Notes: generated by a model not told the origin, from the letters alone. A DNA stretch of 64,000 nucleotides from Octopus sinensis (GCF_006345805.1 NW_021832712.1:1-64000); one strand, 5' to 3'. Shown: positions 11,797 to 27,345, numbered from the stretch's first letter. Program-made: numbers and translations.

Positions 11797-12246
11797 ATGG
11801 AACCAGTTGATAATAATAAAGAGAATTATGAATCACCCTGTGTTGTTAAAGTATTTAAATTAAGCTTTTAATATATTTATAGGATATTGTCGACATACCT
11901 ACTCTAGGTATTTACTAGACAAATTTTTTTAGAGCACGAACTATTATTAAATCCAAAGTCTGAAAGAGAAGTTGATTTCCATATCAATGAGGAAAATTTT
12001 GAGATCGAAACAATGGATAACAAATATTTTCACACTCCTGAATACTTAAACTGGGATAGCATTGATGACTTTTCAGATATTGGTGAACTTAGTGATATTA
12101 TTATGCTGAATTTGAGGAAAGATTCCAAAGATAAAAAACATAATTTTGAGAAAATATATTTGGAGGAATCGACCTATTATAGTGGACCCGATGATATCTT
12201 TCCCGATGATGTAGATTCACCCGATATATCTTTTGCATCATTGTAA
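11797..12246 (+). CDS. Small acidic orphan protein (~130 aa, 3 exons)
   Basis: ATG at 11797. Two short GT-AG introns join MEPVDNNKENYESPCVVK|DIVDIPTL|EHELLLNPK... in frame to ORF 12013..12246. No homology recognised. Confidence 0.5.
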
Positions 12247-13254
12247 AAGTAGTTCTCGTTATTTTCGCTTTCTTATTTTTTTCAAAAAGATGGTTTTGTT
12301 TTTGAACAAAACAATTATTTATTTAAAATAGATCTTTCCCAGGGATAGAAGGCTAGACTGTTTTCTAAGCTATTTCTTATATAGGCTCAAATATCGATTC
12401 ACAACTTTCCTAACGCTCAACTTTTAATCTACCAATAGGTTAGGGATCGGTTATAGTAAATGAACCTGATCCAGCTATTAAGCATCCCGCATTTTCTTAC
12501 GATTTTATAAATAAATTTAAATAGCCCTAAATTCATTCATTGAAAACAAGTTTTAATTCCAAAATTATTCAACATATAATTTTAAAGTTTCAATCGTTAC
12601 AAATATTTGTATAGCATTAGAACATGCCCTTGAAACGTGCCAATGAGCTTTATATAAATTGCAGAATCAGTTTTCAATTTAAATTCATTGACATTTTTCA
12701 ATAATTTATCATCATCCAAGTAGTATTATCAGAATTTTATAAAGCAATTTGTCGTAGTTTTTTAGACTATGCTACTTGTTATGTGGCTAAAAAACAATTG
12801 ACTTTCGAACTTGATTAACTTCATTTGGAACAAAAATATTTTATTTAAATATTTTAAACTTATTTCTTAGACCAAGGTCTTTTCTTAGCACAAAACTTGA
12901 ATATTTTAATGTGTCTTCGTCTGATTCTAATATTTTAGATAATTTCTTCGTTTTAATAACGATTAGGTATTTTTTTACTTCTGCACTGTTTAAAAGTTTT
13001 TAAAACACAATTTGACAACTAACTATGCTGTCGATTAATATTTTGATTATTTTTGAAAATATAGTAATTGCTACATTAAAATTTCTTGAAAAAAATTTTA
13101 ATAAATGAAAAATAAAAAAGTTTGAATGCTTATTTGTTAGAAATAAAAACATCGTCACATAGTCATATTAATATTTCTTATCTAAAATAGCATTGAATAA
13201 TTTGAAGAATAATCAGTTTCATTAAGATTAATTAATATAGTCTAGAATAGCGAT

Positions 13255-16200
13255 TTAATTATTTGAGTCATTAAATTGTTTGATATAATCGGAATAAAAT
13301 TTAATCGATTTGATACTTGCAGTAGGAGGCGGCAGTGACCTAACTGTAGTTTCTAAAAAATATTTTCACAAATCGAATACTTGAAGATTCTGTCGATTTC
13401 ATGTTGTGTGGAGGGAATTTTTTATCTAACTTGCGCTGAAATATCATTGTGCTAGTAGACATTTGTCTTTTCTGTTTAAAATCATAAATATTTATATAAA
13501 ATTTAGTACAATTTCTTTAGACTGGTCAAATGACGATATGCTTATAGATTTTCCAATTGATTCTAGATGTCGTTTTGCTAAAAAATATTAATAAAATATA
13601 ATTACATCGACAAGGATCATATCTCTGAAGAAATTCCTCAAGAGTTAACCACCCACCACCAACACGAATCATTGCTGAACTGGGCGTGATTCTAACAAGT
13701 CGCCTAATATTTGAATTGCCAAACTACAAATTATTTAAATTTCAAAATATCATGCTTTATAAATTCCGTCAGAAACTTTATGAATGTTGTATTTTTTCGA
13801 ACATGTACAACAATTAGAAAGCGAAGAAATCTCATCATCAAGACTTTTTTTACTTAGTTTAGTTTTCTAAAAAAATTTCAATTAAATAATGCCGTTTCTG
13901 ATAAAATTTTGAAACCCTCAACAAATGTATTCAATTTTACTCCACTTTTTGGTTGATATTTCATTAACGACCAAATTCTTTCAAGATCACTCACGCTAGT
14001 CAAAGACGGATCTAAAACAAATTATGGAACAAAATAATTACTTACAAAGATGAAGAATCTCCGACACAAAATCATTTAAATCAATAACACCATCACAATT
14101 TTTATCAATCATTTTAAACAAATCAGTAAAAGTGACTTTTTGTTTGCTCATACAATTTTTTAAATTACCTACCCATTCTTCTATGGAAAAATTATCCAAT
14201 TTCTGAATCTGAGATATAAAATATTTATATAAAATAACTTGTTCATGCTTTAATAATAGTTTTTTGACTTGTTTTTTAAGTTCGGAGCTTGTTGACCAAA
14301 TATCTTTCCACATTATCAATTCTGCTCACTGAATAAGAACGGAATCGACTAAGATTTTGCCGAATTCCCATTATATTATAATGACGCATATCTTTTCTTA
14401 TAATTGACTCTACATCGTTTCTTTTAACATTCAAACGAGTTTCAAAATCCTATAAGATTGTTAAATAAATGGACATAAGCAATAAAAAATTTGAGAACAG
14501 CTAACTTGGCTTAATTAAATTTATTAAGTATAAAAACAATGTTGATATGAATTTAAAACTACTTATATACCTTTAATTTTTTATTAAAAGAAATCAATTT
14601 TTCCGGGCTGCTGTTGTAATTAAAGTTCCTTTCTAATTCAAGTATTTCTCCGCGAAAATTTGTAATTTCGTCACACAAATTATTAATTTGTTTATTCTTT
14701 TCGGAACGCTCATTGAGAAGTTTACTGATCTGCTCTTTTTTTATGGAAACCAAAGATTCAGACTTTCATTAATTAAAAGTTCATTAACCTCATTCCACTT
14801 ATTGATAAATGATTGGTGAATGTTCCTAACGTCTTCTATAGAATCTGGATTACATTTATTAATAATATCAGCTCCCAGGGTAACAATGGAGTTAAAAGTA
14901 TCATGATATCGACCAAATTCGGATTCAACTTTCTAGAATAATAAAATATAAATAAGAGAACTTTAAGTGATTTAAAATGCTTTTCAAGAGCGTCATTTGA
15001 GATTTCTGTGTTTATCTTTGTGTCGATAGTTTCTTGTTTTTTATTAATGAATGAGTTCATTTCTTCGATTTTTGATTCGTATTTTAAGACCTATTTATAT
15101 ATCAAATATATTTTTACTTCTTTATAAGACTCGTTAAAATTGATAAAATTTTTGCTGACTAAATTTTGAATTTGAGACCATAATAGCAGCATATCTTCGT
15201 ATTTTTCAAAATCCGATTTATCAAAAACTAAGTTGGCCCCACCACCCTCTTCAATTTTATCCATTAGCATTTGAACAATGTTGCGTCTTTGCTCAATATC
15301 AGATTTTAATATCTACAATAGAACTAATATAATTTATTAACCTGGCAGTTATTCAGAAGAGATTTAATATATTCCGAACGACCAAAATGGTTTTCATATT
15401 CAAAGTTTAATTTTTTTAATGTGGATACCATCCATGTAAAGTTGTTAGATAGAGCATCAGAAATACTTCCTCCAATCATAATTGTCTCATCAATTAATCT
15501 TTGCCTAAAAAGTAATACAAATGAATTAAAAATCATAAATTTAATTCAAATTACCGTGAAAATGAAAGTCCAAGTAATGAAAGCCAGCATGTAGTGACTG
15601 TTTCTAGATAGTTAACAAACCAGTCTTTGTCGTATTTTGGAGCTGCGTCAATTATTTTACGAATCGAGGCACGTAAATTATCATAGTCAGTTTGTTTTTC
15701 GATTATACTATTTTGAAATTGCTATGTGAGGTAAAGCTAAATTCAATAAACCAAATGTTCTTTATGTTGGTCCATTACAATTTCAAGATTTAGACTTTCA
15801 GATTCTGCAATTTCTAATTCAATGTTTTTTTCAGTAATCCAGTCTAAAAATTCGTCATACTGAGTTTTTAATCGGAGGGATATTGGAGATATTTTTTTAA
15901 CGTTCCTTATACGGCTGTCAATTATATCAGACAAGCGGGAGTATCTTCGATTATAGTCATCAAACAGATTGTTAATAATAAGAACATCTCCCTTTCTTCC
16001 GTAGTATCTCATTTTAATCACAATTTCTTCCAAATTATTTTTATCGGCTAAGTTTTCGTAAATCTTAGCTTTGAGATTCTATGAAGAAATAAGTAGTCTT
16101 TTATACCTCAAGATCTTGAAGCTGTTGCTGATTTCGATTATACAGATAACTTGGAGTCATAAAAGTGTTCATTCTAGAATCCATAGAATCTAGAAATTGA

Positions 16201-19200
16201 TGAAATTTGGTTGATAAATCAGAATATTGTTTAATTCTATCAACATTCTCTTCAATTAGTTTCTAATAAAATATAAATTTATTTCAATACTTTTTTATTT
16301 TCTACAGCTTCAGATATTAATTCAACCCGATTCCAAATTTTTTTAAGCTTAAAATATTAAATTTTAAATTATACATCATTAGATACTACAGGCGGCGCTA
16401 GATCAAGTAAAATAATCTTTTTTTCAATTAATTCATCCCCAAGTTTCTAAAAAATAAGCATTAATCATAAATTAAACATTTATATCAAAAAGTTGTTGTT
16501 CAGCGGTACTTTCAAAACATGAATAATCATGAAGGCTATATAATTTATTTTCAATATCGTTGAGCAAGACGCCAAATAATTCAATTTTTTCTTCAAATTC
16601 AATTCCCTTGTGAAAATAAAATATTTCCCAATATACCCTTTTTGTCTCTATCCTTAAATGTTCGATTTTTGATTCACATAAATTTTTAAGATCCTCCCAA
16701 TTCTTAATTAAGAGTTGAGATTGACGGATTATATATTCTTTATCCTCAACTTCATCACTATCAGTAAATTTTGAAACAGTTTCCATGATTCGGAATATAT
16801 TTTCCTCATGCAAGACAATATCAGCAAGAATATTCTTGAAAATGTGTATTTTAAAAATCAACTTTAATTCGATATAGATCTAGTTCCATTTTCTGATGAG
16901 TTTTACTTTCACTGTCAATAGTTTCAATAACGTCAAGTGTTGTAAATATCCATTTATTGGCTTCTTCAAGAGCCTTAGTGAAATATCCAAGTTCAATGAC
17001 TTGAGACTGCAGTTGATACTAAAATATATTGCATTTTTATAAATTAAGGAGTCACCTCGCGGTCGGAAATTAGTTTTAAAGCATCAGAAAATTGCATATC
17101 AATATCTTCAACAGGGCGAGTGAAGCTATCCGCGTCACTTACGGATGTCATTCTAAGAATATTTCCAGTTTCAAATGTTAGACTATCAACTTTTCCATGG
17201 TGGGGCAAAATCTTTTTCCTTATATTCTTGAGAAATAGACAAATTTTAAATACATTGGTATTTTCTAATAAATAATATAAATTTTTTTCATCAGTCTCTG
17301 TTTCCACTAGCATTTCAATTTCAGGTTCGATGCTTTTTATCCAATCAAATAAAGTCTAAACGAGGTTAGTACATAAAATTAAACATTTATTTCACTGCGA
17401 ACAGAATGCATTTGATTGAATACTGATTTACAGTTTTCTAGTTTTTCAATGTAATTTCTTTTAAGTTTATTTAAAGTTCGTCCAAGTGAAAGACATTTTT
17501 CTTTGATTTCAAATATATTTATATTAGGCCATTGATTTGGTATACAGTCTACAAATTCAGTAAATAATTCATATTCGATTTCTATTTTTTCAAAATCCGC
17601 ATCCATAGCCTTATAATATTTTAATCATAAATAATTTATACTTCTAGTGATGAAATTTGCTCAATAGTGTCGTCTATACTAAGAGAAAGATGACTCAACA
17701 TGGAAAGTTCTTCCTGAGCGTTCTCGATCAAAGTTTCAACATTTTGAGATTTGATTGAAAATCTGTAATTACTTCTAACGTTTTCTTTAACATCAGTTCC
17801 CGATCATTAATTTTGACTATTATTGCATCTTTAAGATAATTTTTTTCTTCGATTTCTATAGTATATTAGAATATGTAACAGATTTGTTAATCAATAAAAT
17901 AATATCTACTGCAATATAAGGCTGAATCAACTTGGATTTTCTCACGTATACGACATAATTTTGTTTGTGCTAAATTAGTTATCATTTTTAATTCCTAATA
18001 TTGTTAATAATTATTTCATATGACCTCGATTTCTTTAAGATGAATAGTCACATCTGATTCATTGGAAAATTTGTTTTTATTCAAATCAAAATTTTTTATT
18101 TTGTCGAAAGTTTGAAGCAAAGAATTTGAAATATCATTAAAGTCATCTTCCAGCTATTTAAATAATAATTTCATCATAACCGAAATTTGTTGTGAAAGAG
18201 ATTCATTAACAATTTTTGAATGGTTATCAATTTGTTGTGATAATTGGTAACATTGAAAACTGCAATCATCTAATTCGATCTTGTATGGATCAATGGCGTC
18301 AGCAGGGATGTAAATTGATATAATTGAAAATGTTAATTTCATATTTTCAATTACTGATTCCAGTTCTTTGTAGCTTTGAAGAATGTCCTAAAAAGTTTTA
18401 AAAATGAAAACTCCTACGTCAAAATTATTTTGTTTTTTCGCTAAGGATTCAACGTATCTTGCATGAGTAGAAAAAATTTCAAGTTTTGATTGAATATTCC
18501 TGTAAATATCGTTAAATTGTTCAAAGAAGTAATTCCACTGCTTTAATGATGTTATTAATTCTTTAGTATTTTGGCAGTTGTTCAATATTTGATTTATAAC
18601 TTTTTGAATCAAACTTTCAAGCCGTTTCCCGATGTTCTGGATAGAAAAATCGATTTTTCCTTCTCTAAAAAGTTGTTTTTTGCTTTGATTTATTAATTCT
18701 TGCATTTCCATCTTTCGGGAGTTTATTGAATCCAAAATTTGCTAAAACATAAGTTATCAAACAAAATACTTTGTTCTTAATTTGATAATTTTCAAGATTA
18801 TAAAAATCATAAGAAATATCATCTTTAGCCAATAAATCAGTTTGAACTTGAACTAAATAATTGATGGACTCGTTAATCATTTTGACGAGCTGTATTGGCA
18901 TATTAGAATATTATCCCTAATACCTTTGAACTTTCAACGTTATCCAATGATAAATCCGAACCCATCTTCTCAAGACATGAAATTTCTTCGACAACAGGTT
19001 CGTCTTGAAAGCGTATTTTTCTTGTGAGTTTTTTGATTATCGACCTGTCCGCCGCAATTAAACATTGGGACTAAAAGTTATATTTTACTTAAACTATACT
19101 TGATTTTTTAAATTGAATTTTTCCAATGCTTTATCGATTGATGATGATATATCAAAATTTATCTGATTATCCGCCATTTGTATGATTACGTCTGAGCTTA

Positions 19201-22200
19201 TTTGATCATCTAAGGAAATAGAATCGATGTAATCTAAAAGTTCATCTAAAATAGGTTTCTCATGTTTTAAACATCCATTCTAATCAAATTAAGTTTCAAA
19301 ATTACGTCAGATGCTGAAAATTTATCACCGAATTTTTCGTATGCATTACTGATAATAGAGGATAAATTAGCTAATTTATCTTTAATTTCCGAATATTGAA
19401 TTGCGCCAAAATTATTTTCACACTCAGAAAATTTGATATTTATTTTTTTAAGATTTTTTTCTAAAAAATCAAATTTTTGCAGCAATATCTAAGATAGACA
19501 ATTAATTAAAAATATACCTCATAGTTCGAGTTTGAATCTAACATACATAACAACTCAATTAAATGATCAACTTTTTTTAATAATCTTAAAGTCAAATGTA
19601 AAATTAAATTTGACTCATTGTATTCAATATCTATTATATTATTTTCATAGGAATTAATATCGTTCCATAATTTAGAAAGAAAATTTTCAAATTCAAAAAG
19701 AGAAAATTTCGAGTTGTTTTTTAATGAACAATAATTTTCGTATAATTCTTTTAAATTTATTGAGATCGTTTTTATAAATCCAATTTTTTCATTTCTCAAT
19801 TTCTAAAAAAATTAATTTAATTACAAAGTTTACAGTTAAACAATCCTTTTTGATATTACTTTCACCTTCTTGATTTGATATTTTTCTTAAACTAGTATTG
19901 AAATTATTTATCATTGTCTTTAAATTTTCAAACAATTCAAAAAAATTTTCCATTATAGTAAGATCACTTTTATGTCTATTTAACTGAAATAGAATTTTAT
20001 TTTCTGCAAAGTGTATAAATAACAATACCCAAGTTTTCCAAACGTTTTTGGTATGAAATAATACCTTCAGATGTAAAATTATCAGCGATAGAATAAAAAA
20101 GTAAATTGGTCGTTTTTAATTCAGTATGACTGGTTTCAAGAGTATCAATATACCCCTAAAAGATATTTTTAAATTTCAAATCTTTAAAATATCACAGTTG
20201 CTTTTATCCATCAAAATAACAGGATTGGAAGTTTTTTCTATGACTTCCGAAATTTGTGTATTTATCTGTTCAAAAGATTCAATAATTATGCTCGTATTTT
20301 TTAAAACATCTTTATATATATCAATTTGTTCTAGTATCCAATCATATACTAATTTTAAGTTTTTTTCACAATCTTCAAATTCTGTTAATATTATTAATGA
20401 TAATAACCATTTTTGAATTTTAATTTGTCTTCAATATCAATTTTTTCCAACTCTTCGTGGATTTGATTGGATTCGTTTAATTTATCCTAAGAATAAATTA
20501 TTTCGAATACATTCAAATCAATAATTATTTTAGAGATCTTAGAATGGCTATCAGGCAGCTCAAAGTTGTCGATAACAGATTTTTTGAATTGACTTATTTT
20601 AATAGCCATCTCATGAAAATTTTTTTCTATCAAATCTATAAAAAAATATCTAAAAATTACGACTTAATTTTAAATCTTGCTTTGATTGTACCATTCGTAA
20701 ATCTTTAGAATCAGAGTTTGAAAATTTTCTGCATTTCTATAAAAGTCTTAATTTAAAATGATACTAAATCTGTTATTTCTTTAAGATAATAAATATCTTT
20801 GTTTTTATCCTTTTACATTAATTTAAATTTATTATACTTTAACTTTCTTCGAATCAATATTTGCAAGTGTTATTAAAACTTGCATATTTATTGAAAAATC
20901 TTCTGCTAGATAGTGAGTTGATCTTACAAAAAGATAAAGCTCAATATATTCCTCAATTAACTTTACTCTTTAAAAAAGATAAAAAATTAAAAAAAACCTT
21001 TCTTCCAATTTTATTTTTGTATTTTGATATTTAAGATTTATATTATCAATCATTTCTTTTATCCAATGAGAGGTATGTTTTTCTAAGATAAATTTATAAT
21101 GAGTTTGTATTTCATCCAAGTTATTATTTAAAACATAGTCATTCTTAAAACGTTGCAACATTTCCTGTTTTAAAAATTAATATAGTTTTAATTTAACATT
21201 ATGTTCTTGATGAATGGTATTCATATTTTGCCAAGAAATATTATATTTATAATTTTCGACAAAACTCAAATATTCATTAAGTATACAATCACACTCGATG
21301 CATTTTTTAGAAATCTTCCCCAATAATTCCATTCTAAAAAATAATAGAAATTTGTATCATCACTTTAATTTATAATCCCGACATCTTTCAACATCTTCCC
21401 TGACAGAAGACTGTAGTAAACTGAAAGCATTCCAATCATCTTTATTTCTCCAGTTAAAATTAAACTTATCCTCCGATAAGGTATCTTCACGATCCACCAA
21501 TACATTGAATAAATCCTAATAAAATATAAATCATGAAGAATTACTTTAGATTCCTCATACATTTCATTTTCTTTACCAGACAAATAATCCTTAAAATTTT
21601 GTTCAATAGAATTGACTGATAAATCAAAAAAGTCTTTTCCCTCTTCGAGATACTCCTTTTTCAAAAAATTTGAATTATTTGAATTTAAAGCATCTTCGTT
21701 AATATCGTCAATAAGACTATTGCAGTTGTTTAGCAATTTATGCCAAAACATGTCGATATCATCAACACGCTTAAGTATATCAGGGTCCGGTCCACATAAG
21801 CTTGTATAACAAGGATGTATAAACATTTCGCTTCCATCCTCTAGCAGAATCTATTACTGGATGGTTAAAATCCAATAAACCTTCCATTTATCATCGCTAA
21901 CTATCGAAATTATGTTAAACTTATGTCCCTTTATTTTCTAGATTAAGAAAATACCTGAATATCTTGTTTTTTAATAAGATTTGCGTTATCTGGATCGACA
22001 ATTATGTATCTTTCGTTATTTTTTAAATCAGATATCCTTTTATGGACAGCGAGTGAATTAGAACCCATCCATTTTAATCGATAAATATGTATACCAAAAT
22101 CGCTAACGTCCCGAAAAAAATTCTAATAATTTTATAACTTATTTAAACCCTGATTTCCTTCTCAGTTTCCCAGATTTCTTTTGAATTCTATCTTTAGAAG

Positions 22201-25190
22201 ATAATTTTTCTAATATTTCACGTTTATCTTGTAACCATTTTTCACATCCTTTTAATAAATCTCGAAACTACGTATAATAGTTAGAGTAATATCTACGCTA
22301 TTTAAATAAACTATGTTATTTCGGTGAATAGTAAAGCATTCCATAGCTCTATTATAAGATCTGTTGGCCAAATATAAATTTGTTAAGCATTTCTAAATGA
22401 TATAAAATTATTAACAATTATTACAAGTATATGATCCTTAAAATGGGGTTTATTTTTCAACATTTCAATTCCCTCTTTAAAGAGTTCAGGTATACAATTC
22501 GAATACTAAAATAAGTAATCATTTTTAATAACTGAATATTTCGATTGACAGGCATTCAAATCTAAATTTATTTTATGCCATTTTTCATTTTCAAGAGCTT
22601 TTCGAATATAAATAATATTTGAAACTTCAGCGCAAACACGAGCAAAAAAATTATTATTATTTATCTCTTCATGTAAACAAGTTGTATTTGTCTAAAAATG
22701 TTAATATAAATGACGAATACTAGTAAAGTAGAAAAATACGAACTTATATCATCGTCATTTTGCACGAGAGCTAGATTCTATACATCATGAACAAAAATTA
22801 TTACAGAGATTGAGTTTTTACAAATATGAATTAAATTACAAATTTTTTCATTTGTTTTTTTAAATTCAGAGTCGAATTCGACTGTCTCGATGTCATTAAA
22901 AATTTCATTTTTTGTTTTCTAAATATTTTTTCTTAAGTAAATACAAATGAATATAAAGCATTTGATAAAATATCATCTTGCCCCGAAATCATACCAATTT
23001 CTGAGATATTGATGTTTTTGTCAAGTCTTTAAAAATTAAAATATTGTTTTTAATACATTTTTAAAAACTGAGAAAAATTATTTTCTTCAAATTTTTTAAT
23101 AATAACATTAAGAATGGTTATCAGTTTGTTTGTTTTTGCATAATATTTTTTTCTAATAATTCTGAACCAAATATTTATTACATTTGATCAAAATATTCGT
23201 TACTTTCTACTAGTGAGCATAAGTATTGCTCGACTGGAAAAACCTGATCTTGAATTAAATTATTTATGAGTTTTTTGCAGTTATCGTTGTTCAATAATAA
23301 TATTTCTTGTTCGATCTTTAAATAAATATATTTATAAGAAAATTCACTTTTGTTATTGTTAGTTCTATATTTTCAAGTTTGGGTTTCATAAAATCACTCA
23401 TTTGGAAAACGGATTTGTATTTTTACTTCTTTGTTTTATTTCGGCAATTTTTTCTTCAATATTTGATTTGAAATCTTTTACTTGATCAATTAATAACGCG
23501 ATACTTAAAGGTTATTTTAAAAAGTATACTTGCATTCAGAAATTGTTGGCATACTTCTCTCCTTATCTTTGCAGCTTATCTCAATTTCATCTAAAACATA
23601 CAATAAATTTTGGTAGTTCTTTGTAGATCCTTCACACTAATTTATATAATCGAAATAATAACAAACCTTAGACAACTGTTGATTAACACTTGATAGCTTG
23701 TCTTGCAATAAGGTATAGTGTTTAAGTGAGCTTGAATTTAGCTTTTTCATCCTATAAAAATAGAGTAATAAATTAATTTATACATTTCAAATTTTCTTCT
23801 AGCATCATTGAATAAAGCATCTAATTTATGTGCACTGATTCTCAAATGATAAATTGCATTTTTGTCTGCACCTGCATCCGAATTTGAGATTGAATCCTTC
23901 TAAAGATAAAACAGAAATTGATTGTTTTATTTACACGCAAAGTTGCATTAATAAATTAAATTAAGCTTTTAACTAACTTTATTGTAAAGTTGTTCAATCT
24001 CATCTATTTTGTCTTTATATTGGTTTATAAAACGGTCAAAAAACGTAGAAATCTATAAAATAGTATTTTTGAATTAACTTCGTCAATTTGAAGTACAGCA
24101 TCATCGTTTATTATTTCGTGAAATTTTTGTTCATGTAAAATGACCCACTTATTAATTATATTAAATTCATTCGACATTGTTTCAGTATTTATCTAAGTTG
24201 GTTTAATCAATTTTTACTTGTTTTTTCTTATAAGATTCCAATGAAGCACATAATGAAGACAAGTATGTCATAATCGATTGTTCATCAGCTTTTGAAGAAG
24301 CCAAATCTAAAATATTCCGTTAAAATCGTTTTTAAAACCCTCAGCTTCTAAAAGGTAATCGACTTGATAATTTTTAGAAGCAAAATCAAAAACAAATTGT
24401 ATTCTTTCTTGTGGAGTTTTTGATAAAAGGTTAGAAATATTTATTTCCGACTTGTTTTGATGATAAATCAAATATGCTAAAAGTGTTCCATCGTACCACG
24501 AAGAAGTCAGGTTTTTAACAGGATCAGGAATATATTCTAAAACGTATGAATTAACAAGTTCCAAGATAGCTTTCTTAACATTTTTGTCTGCAGTTGAATT
24601 CATAATAGTTTCCATCTAAAAATAGGTCATGATAAAACAATTAAAATACTTGAAAACGTAATATAATTGACCAAATAAGTCCTAAGGTAAGTTTTTTGTT
24701 GCCTTTCATTATTTGAATGGGTTCAATATTATACAGTTTTACCTAAATACCAATTAGTAATCCAAAAAAACCGCAAATTATAATGATATACATTTTTAGA
24801 AGCAAGGAAAACCAATGCGGTAGTGATATTATTAATAATATGGATTTCGCTGTTCCCTTTTTCCCTCACCTATATAAGAATCATATCTACAGTAGAATAC
24901 CAGCTTTTCTCCACTTAACTGTTCTAATAGCAAAATAAGGTTTTTTCCATCTCTAAAGTCTGAGAAGAGGTCGGTAATTATTGTTTTAGTCTAAATTTAC
25001 ATATAACAAAATAACCAACATTGCGAAGGCGTGAGTTTATCCATTTTAAAAAGGTTTTTTCTTGAATATTATCTCGTTCATCTTAAAAATTTCATTATTA
25101 ACTTTTAGAAACCTGCATACTCCTGTACCAACTTGTCAGCTTTTGATTTTTGACTATCAGGTGACGGAATTTCTAAAACAATTATTGATC
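13255..25190 (-). CDS. MACF1: Spectraplakin (Shot/MACF1/dystonin type): CH1-CH2, plakin SH3, spectrin-like rod, EF-hand, GAR domain. The 5' end may extend to ~25700.
   Basis: ADERDNIQEKTFLKWINSRL...DFRDGKNLILLLEQLSGEKL (CH1, ~25100). NLTSSWYDGTLLAYLIY (CH2, 24307-24615). DGSEMFIHPCYTSLCGPDP (plakin SH3, ~21800). DLFKMIDKNCDGVIDLNDF (EF-hand, ~14100). RLVRITPSSAMIRVGGGWLTLEEFLQRYDPCR (GAR, ~13610-13700). Confidence 0.88.
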
Positions 25191-25849
25191 AGTGTTTAAA
25201 ACGATTATCGATAAAACTCTTATTCCGAAGAGTATATAATTAAATATAATTAAAAAACCCATATGAGCTTTAAATGAAAAATATGCTCAAAGAAACGCGT
25301 AAATTTCTTTTATAGCCTTAAGTCGCGAACATTTTATCGGCAAATATTTGCGATTAGCTGTCTTGGCATTTCTATTATTTATTAGCCATTAATTAAAAAT
25401 CAATATCTAAAAATTTGGTAAATGAAACAAATTTACGAATTTACATTAATTTTTGAAAAAAGTTACTCATTTAATGATGAATTAAAATTACGCTTATTAT
25501 CATTGTGGGTTTATAATTTTGATAAAATCTTGATGGTCTTATTTTGCGTAATATATAGCCTTTCTCGATCTATTTCAGATTTGTAGCGATCAAAATTAGG
25601 ATATCTCATTGTTCTATTTTAGCAATATGATCTTTGACTCATAGGAAATTGTTCAAAAATAGAACTAATCGCAATGGGATAATCTAAATATGAGGTTTTG
25701 AATCAAAAATCGATTTCAGATTCCCTAAAAAATTGAATATAGTGACACTCGAAAAGTCTGAGGTTTCAAAAAGTACTTTGTAGATTTAACCAGCAACAGA
25801 CAAAATATTGATTTCTTTGTTAGATATTATTGTTGCAAATTAAGTCTAT

Positions 25850-26467
25850 TTTGCAAGATTTTTTTGTGGTAACGGAAAACGTCCCGACGGATCTACATTA
25901 TTTCCGTTCAAGATGGGCCTTGCCCTCGTATGAGACCTGTGTCGACTCGTTTTTCTCATTATCGCTCATAGACTTCACTTCATGTCCTGGATCTGTCTCC
26001 GCTCTGTCTAAAACTAAGAAAATCTCAAAGTATGCTTCCTTGGTCGACACTTGTTGCTTTGTCCTTTATATTTATAAATAATTTCTTGGTAAAAAACTTT
26101 ATAACTTCCAAAGACCTATTTGACGCACTAGTGGAGGTAATTTATTTTTTGACGGATTGATTGAATCTAAAGATAAATTTACAGATAACTTGCCTCTCTA
26201 CTTGCCCTGAATCCATGGTGCTTTAGAGCGTTCACTTATGTGTGTGATTTTTAAATCATTGCACATTGTTTCCATACATTTGTTGTTAAATTCTTTCCCA
26301 TTATCCGTCTGTAGAATGAATGGGGAACCAATCATCAAAAAAATATTCCTTAATTGTATAGTAATTTCCTCCGCGGATTTCTGATTGGCGAGTTTAACGG
26401 CTGGGAATTTGGAAGATCGAATTTTTAAATCCATATAGACAAATATCAATTTTAAAGTTTTTATCAA
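25850..26467 (-). mobile_element. Ginger2/TDD-like integrase remnant
   Basis: KSAEEITIQLRNIFLMIGSPFILQTDNGKEF...KAPWIQG, homologous to 40537..40866. Degraded. Confidence 0.75.
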
Positions 26468-26559
26468 ACATTTAATCTTAATTTAAATACGGATTTTATT
26501 TAAAACAGAAGAAGAACTAAGGTAGAATCGCTTGAATGTTTCCCTGAATGACCGTCATT

Positions 26560-27345
26560 TAGAGACGATGAAACAAATATTGAGCATAACGAGGGTCTTT
26601 CATGCACACCGAGATTAACAAACCAATCTGCCTGACGAAAGAGAGTGTAGATTGCTCAAAAATTTCGGAGGTTACCAAGACTATCGGCTGGACGATAAAT
26701 TCTTTGCTAAGTTTTTGTTTAGTCAGTAATGTGGAGTCGAGATGGCTTAGTGATATGTTTCGAGAAGTTCGTTGTCTCATTCCAAAGTAGGTGTTTGCAG
26801 TAAACCAAATAATGTTTTTAGTCTGATCCCACAAGTCCATTAGTCGGTAGTGTGTTCAGACGGTTCTTATCCTTTTGCTATTTTATCCCAATAGGGGCTG
26901 AGACCAGAGCTTTTCAGTCATTTACGTATGGGATGGTGAGGCCCCTGCGATTTGCTTAGACTCCGGTTCTTTTTGCCAATGAAGTATTTATTTAGGTCGA
27001 ACTTGAAAATAACCATTTTATGGTCACTATTTATCATCGATCTTCAGTAAGAGCGGGCATCGTTCAATAGGAATTTGTCCTTAGCCAAGCAAATAATATA
27101 ATCGATCTGATTATAAATCTTGATTTTTTCGTGTTCCAAATTCGTTCTATGGCCAGTCCATTTCTCGTGTGGAGAGACTCCGGTTCTTTTTGGCAAGAAA
27201 CGGCGTTACCAATGAAAAAATCATTTATTTAACAAAGTTGGCCAGTAGTATTCCCGGGGCGTTTCTCCAGCCCCGTCTATGTCTGCCGATAAATTATTCC
27301 TTTCCGGCCCGTCGTATTTCAATTTTTGCTTTAAAGTCCCTGGCA
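26560..27345 (-). mobile_element. RTE-type AP endonuclease remnant
   Basis: GDFKAKI...IGRH.RGWRN...NQIDYI...LNDARSY..INSDHKMV motifs, with many stops. Confidence 0.65.

Noticed and set aside
12250-13100. Possible additional minus-strand gene
   Set aside because: There are some coding-like stretches, but I could not assemble a consistent frame or find homology.
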